A stretch of DNA of 64,000 nucleotides from assembly GCA_041572755.1 (NCBI GenBank), contig JBFFRY010000010.1, forward strand, positions 2,269-66,268. Direction: 5' to 3'. Source of the DNA: Acidimicrobiia bacterium. Its GTDB lineage: Bacteria; Actinomycetota; Acidimicrobiia; Spongiisociales; UBA11373. Every line of letters begins with the position of its first letter. The stretch's first letter is position 1. The position numbers and the translations under genes are program-made. Of this stretch, positions 17,430 to 25,767 are shown one piece after another. The notes under the pieces were generated by a model that saw only the letters and a program-made list of their open reading frames with translations, did no database searches and was not told the origin of the DNA.

Positions 17430-18102
17430 GGAACATCTCCTGGGTGACGGTGGTCCCCGGGGGAACGACGAGGAGATCGGGGTCGTCGCCGTCGGCGGCG
17501 GCCCCGACGAGTTTCTCCAGGAGCGTCGGATCGCCGAGGTACTCGTCGTACGCCATGCCCCACCGGTCGCGGCAGAACTGCGCCACCGGTGCGGCCAACG
17601 CCCGCGACCGCTCCATCTCCTCCTCCGAGAATGCGATGACTCGAAGCCTGCGATAGGAGCCGTAGACCTTGTCGATGAGACGCTCGGCCCGGGTCGTTCC
17701 GTACTCCTCCTCGTAGCGGTGGAAGGTGGTCAGGGGATCGTCCCCGCTCTCCAGCCAGCCCCGGGTGAGGTAGTAGGTTCCCGGTTCGGCGTAGAACTCC
17801 TCCTCGTAACGTTGCTGGGAACCCAGCATCATCCCGATGCAGTCGTGGGTCCGGGGGAAGATCAGCGTGTGCGGTCCCGACTCCACGCCGACCACCCCGT
17901 TGCCGCACAGCCCGTAGCCGACCACGACCTGGGAGGGCGCCGGGAGCGCATCGAGATGCCGTTGCAGCGCCGGAGCCATCTCGACGGGCCGAGTGTGGAG
18001 GCCGTAGTCGAGGTAGGTCGCCTCGGTATCGTCGGGGAGGAGCGGCCCGAGGAGATCTCGGAGAACCCGACAGGAGAGCACGGCGGTGCTCGGCGCCGTC
18101 AT
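17416..18102 (-). CDS. DUF1638 domain protein
   Basis: LSCRVL, LDYGLH..P..M, GYGLCGNG, HDCIGMMLGS, PGTYYLTRGW. Confidence 0.8.
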   Translation of the reverse strand: MTAPSTAVLSCRVLRDLLGPLLPDDTEATYLDYGLHTRPVEMAPALQRHLDALPAPSQVVVGYGLCGNGVVGVESGPHTLIFPRTHDCIGMMLGSQQRYEEEFYAEPGTYYLTRGWLESGDDPLTTFHRYEEEYGTTRAERLIDKVYGSYRRLRVIAFSEEEMERSRALAAPVAQFCRDRWGMAYDEYLGDPTLLEKLVGAAADGDDPDLLVVPPGTTVTQEMFLTSG

Positions 18103-18722
18103 TCGGCGGTGAGCCGGGCGGCCAGGTCGACGGCCTGCTTGGCGTTGTCGGCGTAGCCATCCGCTCCGAACCGCTCGCCTGCGCCGGGGGTGACGGCGGC
18201 GCCACCGACCATCACCGGTGGGGCCGGGTCGAGTTCCTTGAGCATTGCGATCGTCTCTTCCATGCGGGCCAGGGCTGTGGTGAGCAGGGCCCCGAGCCCG
18301 ACCACGTCGGGAGCGTGGTCCCGAACCGCCTCGAGGAACCGTGCCGCCGGCACGTCGACGCCCAGGTCGATGACCCGGAACCCGGCTCCCTCGAGCATGG
18401 TGATCACCAGGTTCTTGCCGATGTCGTGGAGGTCGCCCTGCACGGTGCCGATCACCACCGTCCCGCTTCCGGGTCCGGCATCGGCGGCGAGCAGCGGCTT
18501 GAGGACCTCCATCGCCTGCTCCATGGCATCGGCGGCGATGAGCATCTCGGGGATGAAGTACTCGCCTCGATCGAAGCGCTCGCCGACCTCCCGCAGCCCG
18601 GCGGTGAGCGCCTCGTCGGTGATCAACTGGGGATCGACACCGGCCGCCAGGGCATCCTCGACGAGCGCCACCGTTTGCTGCCCGTCACCGATGATGAGCG
18701 CTCGGCGAATCTCCTCCAGCAT
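18099..18722 (-). CDS. Corrinoid (B12-binding) protein of a methyltransferase system (MtbC/MtaC-like)
   Basis: Cap domain (VGERFDRGEYFIPEML) plus GTVQGDLHDIGKNLV, DLGVDVP and VMVGGA. Alternative TTG start at 18731. Confidence 0.9.
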   Translation of the reverse strand: MLEEIRRALIIGDGQQTVALVEDALAAGVDPQLITDEALTAGLREVGERFDRGEYFIPEMLIAADAMEQAMEVLKPLLAADAGPGSGTVVIGTVQGDLHDIGKNLVITMLEGAGFRVIDLGVDVPAARFLEAVRDHAPDVVGLGALLTTALARMEETIAMLKELDPAPPVMVGGAAVTPGAGERFGADGYADNAKQAVDLAARLTAE

Positions 18723-18732
18723 GAACGGCAAC

Positions 18733-19776
18733 TTAGCGTCGCCGATCCGCGGCTTCCACGAGCGCGTCGAGGTTCTCCACCGGTGTGTCGACCGGCACCT
18801 CGCATCCGGTCCCGAGGATGTAGCGGCCGCCCTCGGCTGCCGCCTCGAGCCGTTCGCCGGCGGCCGCAGCCACGTCGGCGGGCGTCCCGTACCGCATCGT
18901 GGTGACGGGATCGAGGTTGCCGATGAGGCACACCCGCTCTCCGATTGCCCGCTTCGCCGTCTCGAGATCGACGAGGTGATCGACCGCGATGATGTCGGCT
19001 CCCGTGTCGGCCTGGAGCCCCAGGACCCGGGTGTTGTCGCCGCAGATGTGGAGGGCGGTGACGGCGCCGGCCTCCTTCCAGGCGGCGAACACCCGTTGAT
19101 GGAGGGGCAGCACCCAGCGCTCGTACATCGCCGGCGAGATGACGCTGCTCGAAGCCAGCGAGTCGCCGCATTGCACGATGTCGGCCCCGGCCTCGATCTC
19201 GGCCATGCCGAACGCGATCAGGCTCTGAGTGGTGAGCTCCAGCATGTGGTCCAGCGCCGGACGTAGGTCGTCGTCGTGGCCGTGGTGGACGCGGGCCACC
19301 ATCTTGAGGAACTCGTCGATCCCCACCAGGTAGGAGGCCAGGGCGAACGGCCCGGTTCCGGGGGCCCGGATGGCGACATTCGGCCCCAGCGCCTCGCGCA
19401 GCAGAGCGATCGCCTCCAGTACCACCGGCATCCGGCCGTCTCGCCGGGGATCCGGAGGCTCCAGGTCGAAGACCGCCTCGATCGAGGAGACCGCCGGCCG
19501 CTGCAGCGAAGCGATGTCGTCTTCGGGGATCACGGTCCGGCACCCGAACCCCTCGGCGAGGTAGTAGTTGTCGCAGTCGGGGAAGACCACGTCGTAGCCG
19601 ACTCGCTCGTAGGCCTCGATGTGGGCCCGGGCCATGGCGGTGCCGTCCCGGCAGTAGGTTCCCAGCGGCCTTCCCGACCAGCGAGCCGCCCAGTTGGCGA
19701 CGTACGGACCGACCGGGACCCGGTCGGTGGGTCGGGCGGCGATGGCGTTGCGGACTCTCTCGATGGGTTTCACCAC
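18733..19776 (-). CDS. Uroporphyrinogen decarboxylase-fold methyltransferase (MtaA/CmuA family)
   Basis: DRVPV, GPFALAS, GDSLAS..ISP, Zn motif LHICG...TGCEVP, GNLDP, TPVENL. Confidence 0.85.
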   Translation of the reverse strand: MVKPIERVRNAIAARPTDRVPVGPYVANWAARWSGRPLGTYCRDGTAMARAHIEAYERVGYDVVFPDCDNYYLAEGFGCRTVIPEDDIASLQRPAVSSIEAVFDLEPPDPRRDGRMPVVLEAIALLREALGPNVAIRAPGTGPFALASYLVGIDEFLKMVARVHHGHDDDLRPALDHMLELTTQSLIAFGMAEIEAGADIVQCGDSLASSSVISPAMYERWVLPLHQRVFAAWKEAGAVTALHICGDNTRVLGLQADTGADIIAVDHLVDLETAKRAIGERVCLIGNLDPVTTMRYGTPADVAAAAGERLEAAAEGGRYILGTGCEVPVDTPVENLDALVEAADRRR

Positions 19777-19781
19777 CCGAC

Positions 19782-19793
19782 ACGCTATATGCT
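19782..19793. promoter_or_regulatory. Back-to-back -10 elements for divergent, near-leaderless genes (TAGCGT on -, TATGCT on +)
   Basis: Only 26 bp separate the starts at 19776 (-) and 19803 (+). A TANNNT hexamer lies 5-9 nt before each start and there is no SD. Confidence 0.55.
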
Positions 19794-19802
19794 GCGCCGG
19801 CC

Positions 19803-20666
19803 ATGAGGCTGCGTCATCGCCGCACCCTTTCTTCCCATGAGCGCTCTGCGGTCGCCCGCCTGCTGGCCGATCCGCTCCTGGAGCTGATCCCGCTCCAAGG
19901 GGTCGCCCGTCAGATCGACCATCTTCCCGCCGGGGGCCTGATCTCGATCACCGCTTCCCCCGCCGCCGGTACCCCCGCCACGTTGGAACTCGCCGAAGAG
20001 CTGCAGCGACGCGGCCATCGCACCGTGCCTCACCTGTCAGCCCGGATGATCCGGGATCGTGCCGAGCTGGAGGGGATCTTGGGGAGAATCGCCGATCTCG
20101 GGATCACCCGGGTCTTTGTGATCGGCGGTGACGCCGATCCGACCGGGGAGTTCACCGATGCGCTCGGTTTGCTCGAGGCGATGGAGGAGATCGGTCATCC
20201 CTTCACCGAGATCGGTGTGGGCTGTTATCCGGACGGGCATGCCGTGATCCCCGACGACGTGCTCTTGCGGGCCCTGCGCAACAAGAGCTGGATCGCCACG
20301 TCGATGACGAGCCAGGTGTGCTTCGCCCCGCGGACGATCGTGGATTGGCTGGTGGCCCGCCGTCGCGAGGGGATCAAGCTTCCGATCCGGATCGGCAGTC
20401 CCGGTGCCACCCACCTCGCCAAGCTGATGCGGATCTCAGCCCGGATCGGAGTCGGACGGTCGCTGAGGTTCATCACCAAGAACACGTCGTTGGCCGGCCG
20501 GCTGGGCCGGCCTGGGGGGTATGCCCCCGACGCCCTGGTGGGCGACCTGGCAGAGGTGATCGTCGACCCGGTCTGCGGTGTCGACGGTTTCCACGTCTTC
20601 ACCTTCAATCAGGTCGAGGAGACCGAGGCCTGGCGGGCCTCGTTCCTGGAGTACCTGAACGGTTGA
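19803..20666 (+). CDS. metF: Methylenetetrahydrofolate reductase (MetF-like)
   Basis: ITASP, VPHLSAR, FVIGGD, GCYPDGH, TSQVCF, RIGVG.S, FHVFTFNQ. Confidence 0.82.
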   Translation: MRLRHRRTLSSHERSAVARLLADPLLELIPLQGVARQIDHLPAGGLISITASPAAGTPATLELAEELQRRGHRTVPHLSARMIRDRAELEGILGRIADLGITRVFVIGGDADPTGEFTDALGLLEAMEEIGHPFTEIGVGCYPDGHAVIPDDVLLRALRNKSWIATSMTSQVCFAPRTIVDWLVARRREGIKLPIRIGSPGATHLAKLMRISARIGVGRSLRFITKNTSLAGRLGRPGGYAPDALVGDLAEVIVDPVCGVDGFHVFTFNQVEETEAWRASFLEYLNG

Positions 20667-20782
20667 GGCGCTGCATCCGGCGCACCCCCGGATCGTGCCC
20701 TCGGCCGGCCGCCCTCGTGGGGAGAGCCCGGTCCGTAGGACGACCCTGATCCCTTCGTAACGGAGGTTGCGGACCGCTCGTC

Positions 20783-22123
20783 TCAGTCCAAGGCGTGCCC
20801 GGCGGCGAACTCGGTCAGCACCTCGGCCAGGTCGGGCTTGCCGATCTCCTCGAGGTCGTACGTGACCCGGGTGTGCGGCTTGGCGATCGTGGCGATGCGG
20901 CCCAGATCGATGGGGGTGCCGATCACCACGGCGTCGCAGTCCGTGGCGTTGATGGTGGCCTCGAGGTCCTTGATCTGCTCCTCGCCGTATCCCATGGCGG
21001 GGAGCACCGAGCCGATGTCGGGGTAGGTCTCGAAGGTCTCGTTCAGCGTGCCGACCAGGAAGGGCCGGGGGTCGACGATCTCGGCGGCGCCGTGGCGCCG
21101 GGCGGCCACCACCCCGGCGCCGATCCTCATCCCGCCGTGAGTGAGGGTGGGGCCGTCCTCCACCACCAGCACCCGCTTGCCTTCGACGATCGACGGGTCG
21201 GCGATGGTCAGCGCCGAGTTGGCCTCGATCACCGTCGCCGTCGGGTTGACTGCGGCGATGTTGGCCTTGACGGCATCGATGCCCTCCCGGGGGGCGGAGT
21301 CCATCTTGTTGATCACCAGCACCTCGGCTCGGCGGAAGTTCACCTCGCCCGGGTAGTAGCCCAGTTCGTGGCCGGGCCGGTGTGGATCGACGACCACGAT
21401 CTGCAGGTCGCTGCGGTAGAAGGGGAAGTCGTTGTTGCCGCCGTCCCAGACGATCACGTCACAGCCGTTCTGGTCCTGCTCGGCGGCCCGGACTATGGCC
21501 TCGTAGTCGACGCCGGCGTAGATCACGTTCCCCCGAGTGATGTGAGGCTCGTACTCCTCCATCTCCTCGATCGTGCAGTCGTGCTCCACCAGGTCTTCGA
21601 GGTCGGCGAATCGCTGCACCTTCTGTCGCGACAGGTCCCCGTAGGGCATGGGGTGGCGGATCGCCACTACGGCGAGGCCCATCCCCATGAGGGTCTCGAC
21701 GACCTTGCGTGAGGTCTGGCTCTTGCCGGCCCCGGTCCGCACCGCACACACCGACACCAGCGGCTTGCTGCTCTCGATCTGGGAGTCCTTGGGTCCGATC
21801 AACGTGAAAGCGGCTCCGGCGGCCTGCACGATCGCCGACACCCCCATCACGTGGGCGTAGGAGACGTCGCTGTAGGAGAAGGCGCACTCGTCGACGTCGA
21901 GCTCGTCGATGAGCCGGGGGAGGTCCTCCTCAGCGTGGATCGGGATTCCGTTCGGGTACAGCGGGCCGGCCAATTCCGGCGGATAGGTCCGGTCTTCGAT
22001 GCCGGGGATCTGTTCGGCCGTGAAGGCCACCACCTCCGTCGACTCATCGGCGCGATAGCGAGTGTTGAAATTGTGGAAGTCGCGGCCGGCGGCCCCGATG
22101 ATGATCACCTTGCGCCTTGTCAT
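20783..22123 (-). CDS. P-loop NTPase of the COG2403 family (cyclic 2,3-diphosphoglycerate synthetase-like / arginine synthetase ArcE-like)
   Basis: IIGAAGRDFHNFN, AVRTGAGKSQTSR, RHPMPYGDL, TIEEMEEYEPH, WDGGNNDFPF, VEDGPTLTHGGM, PAMGYG. Confidence 0.85.
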   Translation of the reverse strand: MTRRKVIIIGAAGRDFHNFNTRYRADESTEVVAFTAEQIPGIEDRTYPPELAGPLYPNGIPIHAEEDLPRLIDELDVDECAFSYSDVSYAHVMGVSAIVQAAGAAFTLIGPKDSQIESSKPLVSVCAVRTGAGKSQTSRKVVETLMGMGLAVVAIRHPMPYGDLSRQKVQRFADLEDLVEHDCTIEEMEEYEPHITRGNVIYAGVDYEAIVRAAEQDQNGCDVIVWDGGNNDFPFYRSDLQIVVVDPHRPGHELGYYPGEVNFRRAEVLVINKMDSAPREGIDAVKANIAAVNPTATVIEANSALTIADPSIVEGKRVLVVEDGPTLTHGGMRIGAGVVAARRHGAAEIVDPRPFLVGTLNETFETYPDIGSVLPAMGYGEEQIKDLEATINATDCDAVVIGTPIDLGRIATIAKPHTRVTYDLEEIGKPDLAEVLTEFAAGHALD

Positions 22124-22281
22124 CCTTCGTCTCCTCATCGTCGGATGCTGTGGAGTCGCTCTGCCGCGTGCCCTCGGGTGCCCGGAAGCTCGACGTTGGA
22201 GTTGGATCTGGTCGTCGGGACCGGATCGGCGGTTTACGCTCGAGGGAACGGCCGCACATCGTGACACCCTAGGAGGCTTGC

Positions 22282-23496
22282 GTGCCCACCTCATTCCTTC
22301 ATCCCTTCACCCCGCCCCGCAAGGACGAGTTCGTCACGATCGTCGGGGGCAAGGGCGCCGTCGTCTGGGACGATCGGGGCAAGGAGTACATCGACGGCAT
22401 GGCGTCGCTGTGGTACATGAACATCGGCCACGGACGTGAAGAGATGGCAGAAGCCATTGCGGCGCAGGTAAGGGAACTCGCGGCGTATCACACGTTCGAT
22501 CCCTACACGAACCCCCCCGCCGAGCAGGCCGCCGCCCGGATCGCGGCGCTGTCTCCATTCGAAGGTGCCCGCGTCTTCTTCGGCACGTCGGGATCAGAGG
22601 CCGTCGACACCGCCATGAAGATCGCCCGAATCGCCCAGCGCGAGGCGGGAAATCCTCACAAGACCATCGTGGTGAGCCGGGAGCGCGGCTACCACGGCAC
22701 CAACTACGGGGGGACTTCGCTGCAGGGAATCCCGCCGAATCGGGAGGGATTCGGGCCTTTGGTGCCGGGTGTCGTCAACGTGGCGGCCGATGACGATGAG
22801 GCCATGAAGCGGGTCTTCGCCGAGCACGGTGAGGAGATCGCGGCGGTCATCACGGAACCGGTGCAAGGCGCCTCCGGGGTGTGGCCCCCGCCGCCCGGAT
22901 ACCTGTCGCATCTCCGCGATCTCTGCGACGAGTACGGCGCCTACCTGATCCATGACGAGGTGATCACCGGGTTCGGGCGCTTGGGCGAGTGGTTCGGAAG
23001 CCGCTTCTTCGGGGTCACCCCCGACATCATCACGTTCGCCAAGGCGGTCACCTCCGGGTACGTGCCCCTCTCAGGGGTCATCGTCGGCCCCGGGGTCAGG
23101 GCGGCGCTGGAGGCAAACGAGGGATTCTTGCTGAGGACCGGCTACACCTACTCGGGGCACCCGGTGTCCTGCGCGGCGGCCCTCGAGGCGATGGACATCC
23201 AGGAACGGGAATCCCTGCCGGCCCGGGCCCCACAGATCGGGGCCCAGCTCGAGCCCGGGCTGCGATCCCTGATGGATCAGGGACTCCTCAGCGACGTGCG
23301 GGGCGAGGGGGCGGTCTGGGCGGTTTCGGTTCCGGAAGGCATCGAGGCTGCGGCGGTGCGAGATCGGATGCTGGAAGGTGGCGTCATCGTTCGTCCCATT
23401 CCGCCGAACCACCTGGCGATGTGTCCCCCGCTGGTGACGAGCAGCGAGCAGGTCGAACGTATCGTCGAGTCGATGGGTGAAGCGCTGCGGGCCTGA
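22282..23496 (+). CDS. Class III aminotransferase (omega-amine/putrescine:pyruvate type)
   Basis: YIDGMASLW, SGSEAVDTA, GYHGT, DEVITGFGR, FAKAVTSGYVPL, GYTYSGHP. AGGAGG RBS. Confidence 0.88.
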   Translation: MPTSFLHPFTPPRKDEFVTIVGGKGAVVWDDRGKEYIDGMASLWYMNIGHGREEMAEAIAAQVRELAAYHTFDPYTNPPAEQAAARIAALSPFEGARVFFGTSGSEAVDTAMKIARIAQREAGNPHKTIVVSRERGYHGTNYGGTSLQGIPPNREGFGPLVPGVVNVAADDDEAMKRVFAEHGEEIAAVITEPVQGASGVWPPPPGYLSHLRDLCDEYGAYLIHDEVITGFGRLGEWFGSRFFGVTPDIITFAKAVTSGYVPLSGVIVGPGVRAALEANEGFLLRTGYTYSGHPVSCAAALEAMDIQERESLPARAPQIGAQLEPGLRSLMDQGLLSDVRGEGAVWAVSVPEGIEAAAVRDRMLEGGVIVRPIPPNHLAMCPPLVTSSEQVERIVESMGEALRA

Positions 23497-23522
23497 GACC
23501 CGAGGGCGAGGGAGGTTCGGAG

Positions 23523-24734
23523 ATGTTCAAGACCCTGCGTTCCGTGCTGCGGTTCCGCCGTTTCGAGTTCTCGAAGACCAAGCGGCGTCTGGCGCGGGCC
23601 GCCAACGTCGGCGATCTGCGGACGATCGCCCGCAAGCGGCTTCCCGGTGGGGTGTTCGACTACATCGACGGCGGTGCCGAGGACGAGTCGGCGCTGTTTC
23701 GCAACAGCGATGCCTACCGAAGGATCGAGTTCCGACCTCGGGTGCTGCGAGACGTGAGCAACGTCGACCCTTCGACCACCCTGCTGGGCCAGCGGCTGGC
23801 CTTCCCGCTGGTGCTGGCGCCGACCGGCTTCAACCGGATCGCCGACCCGCAAGGCGAGTTGGCGGTGGCCCGCGCCGCCGCCCGGGCCGGCATCCCCTAC
23901 ACCCTGTCGATGGCACTCGGGACCCGCTCCCTGGAGGAGATCGCCGAGGTGAGCGATGGACCCAAGTGGTTCCAGGTGTATGTGTGGCGGGACCGGGGTC
24001 TCGTGGCCGAGATGATCCGGAGGGCCGCCGCAGCCGGATTCGAGACGCTGGTGCTCACCGTCGACACCGCCGTATTCGGCCGCCGTGAGCGGGACGTGCG
24101 CCGTGGCTACACCCTGCCGCCCAAGCTGGGTCTGGACACGATCATCGACGGGATCCGGCACCCCGGCTGGACCTGGCGCTTCATTCGCAATGAGCCGATC
24201 ATCTTCTCCAACATCGAGGGCCGGGAGGTCGGCGACGGCAGCGACGCGGTGGTGCTGGCCGACTACGTGAACAGCCAGTTCGACCCCAGCCTGTCGTGGA
24301 AGGACATCGAGTGGCTCCGTTCCGTCTGGAGCGGCCCGATCGTGCTCAAGGGCATTCAGACCGTCGAGGACGCCCGGCTGGCCGTGGACCAGGGTGTCGA
24401 AGCGATCGTCCTCTCCAATCACGGGGGACGCCAGCTCGACTCGGCACCGGCGACGGTCGAACTGCTTCCCGAGGTCGCCGATGCGGTCGGAGGTCGCATC
24501 GAGATCATCTGCGACGGGGGCGTGCGGCGGGGAGCCGACATCGTCAAGGCGGTGGCGCTCGGGGCGACCGCCGCGATGGCGGGGCGCCCCTACCTGTACG
24601 GACTGGGCGCCGCCGGAGAAGCGGGCGTCGACCACGTGCTGGGCCTGCTGGAGGGCGGGGTCACCCGGACCATGTCGCTGATCGGATGCCGCACGACGAC
24701 CGATCTCAACCCCGACTACGTGCGGGCCCGTTAG
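23523..24734 (+). CDS. lldD: FMN-dependent alpha-hydroxy acid dehydrogenase (L-lactate dehydrogenase-like)
   Basis: FDYIDGGAEDE, RPRVLRDV, WFQVY, TVDT, GRRERD, LSNHGGRQLD, DGGVRRGAD. Confidence 0.85.
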   Translation: MFKTLRSVLRFRRFEFSKTKRRLARAANVGDLRTIARKRLPGGVFDYIDGGAEDESALFRNSDAYRRIEFRPRVLRDVSNVDPSTTLLGQRLAFPLVLAPTGFNRIADPQGELAVARAAARAGIPYTLSMALGTRSLEEIAEVSDGPKWFQVYVWRDRGLVAEMIRRAAAAGFETLVLTVDTAVFGRRERDVRRGYTLPPKLGLDTIIDGIRHPGWTWRFIRNEPIIFSNIEGREVGDGSDAVVLADYVNSQFDPSLSWKDIEWLRSVWSGPIVLKGIQTVEDARLAVDQGVEAIVLSNHGGRQLDSAPATVELLPEVADAVGGRIEIICDGGVRRGADIVKAVALGATAAMAGRPYLYGLGAAGEAGVDHVLGLLEGGVTRTMSLIGCRTTTDLNPDYVRAR

Positions 24735-25735
24735 CGCTCTGCCTCCACGATCGTCGAGATGAAGTGGGCCAGCACCCATGCGGCGACGCGCGCCGAGCCG
24801 ACTCCTCCATCCAGATCGGTCATCTCGACGAGGTCGAAGCCGCGCACGCGGCCCTTCCCGGCCACTTCGGCGAGCGCCGTGCGCAGGGTGCGATAGTCGA
24901 TCCCGAACGGCTCGGGCAGGGTGGTCCCGGGCACCAGCGCTCCATCCAGCACGTCGCTGTCGATCGACACGTACAGGTTCTCCGACGGGGGCACGGTCCT
25001 GCGTATCACCTCGGCCGGGTCGCCGGTGACGAGGTCCTTGGAGGTGACGATCTCGATGCCTCGCTCACGGGCTTCGTCGTACACCTCCTTGGCGCAGTTG
25101 CGGATGCCGACCATCGAGATGTTGCGAACGAAGGGGAGTTCGGAGAGGCGCCGCAGGTTGGACCCGTGGGTGTAGCGGGACCCGCCGATCACATCGGTGA
25201 AGTCGGGGTGGGCGTCGAAGTGGACGATGTCGATCTGCTCGTAGCGGCTCATCCCTCTGCCCACCGGGAAGCTGATCGAGTGGTCGCCGCCCACGGCGGC
25301 CACCACCGCGTCGGTGGCGGCCAGTGTCTCGGCGGCGGCCGTGATCCGGTCGAGATTGAGATGGGTGTCGCCGCCGGTGATCGGTACGTCGCCGACGTCA
25401 CCCAGGTGAGCGCCTTCCAAGTAGACCCGGCGCTCCTCCACGTCGAACCATCCGGCGCAGGCTTCGCCCGGCTCCCCGGGACCGTCGTAGCGACCACCCC
25501 GGTAGGCGAACACCGCCTGGTCCCGAACGGCGTCCGGTCCCCGGCTGGTGCCGGATCGGATGAAGGCGGTCATGGCGCCGGCGTCGTAGGGGACACCCAT
25601 CAGGGCCACGTCGAGGCGGTGGGCGCCGAGTTCGAAGACCGGCGGGCACTGGAAGAAGGTTCGGACCGGGGGGAGGAAGGGCGGGGTGGGGGGCGTCACG
25701 AAGGCCTCGGGATCGGGGGCTTCACGATAGAGCAC
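24731..25735 (-). CDS. Arginase/agmatinase family ureohydrolase
   Basis: GVPYD, GP.AVR, GGDHSIS, HFDAHPD, THGS, SIDSDVLD, PGTTLPEPFG. Confidence 0.88.
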   Translation of the reverse strand: MLYREAPDPEAFVTPPTPPFLPPVRTFFQCPPVFELGAHRLDVALMGVPYDAGAMTAFIRSGTSRGPDAVRDQAVFAYRGGRYDGPGEPGEACAGWFDVEERRVYLEGAHLGDVGDVPITGGDTHLNLDRITAAAETLAATDAVVAAVGGDHSISFPVGRGMSRYEQIDIVHFDAHPDFTDVIGGSRYTHGSNLRRLSELPFVRNISMVGIRNCAKEVYDEARERGIEIVTSKDLVTGDPAEVIRRTVPPSENLYVSIDSDVLDGALVPGTTLPEPFGIDYRTLRTALAEVAGKGRVRGFDLVEMTDLDGGVGSARVAAWVLAHFISTIVEAER

Positions 25736-25767
25736 CGTTCCCTCCCGGCGCACCCGCAGTGATCGCT

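Noticed and set aside
18099-18722. Corrinoid protein as the missing small subunit of methylmalonyl-CoA mutase
   Set aside because: It has a methyltransferase-type cap domain and GDLHDIGKN rather than the mutase-type GLDGHDRG, and it lies in a methyltransferase operon.
18733-19776. True uroporphyrinogen decarboxylase HemE
   Set aside because: It lacks the RQAGR motif, has the HxC...C Zn ligands, and sits beside a corrinoid protein.
22124-22281. Guanidine-I (ykkC) riboswitch suggested by CTAGGGT near guanidino-metabolism genes
   Set aside because: The conserved GGTTCCG continuation and the 3' AAAAGCCCGGGAG element are absent.
23523-24734. Mycofactocin MftD
   Set aside because: The N-terminus is of actinobacterial LldD type and no mftABC genes are nearby.
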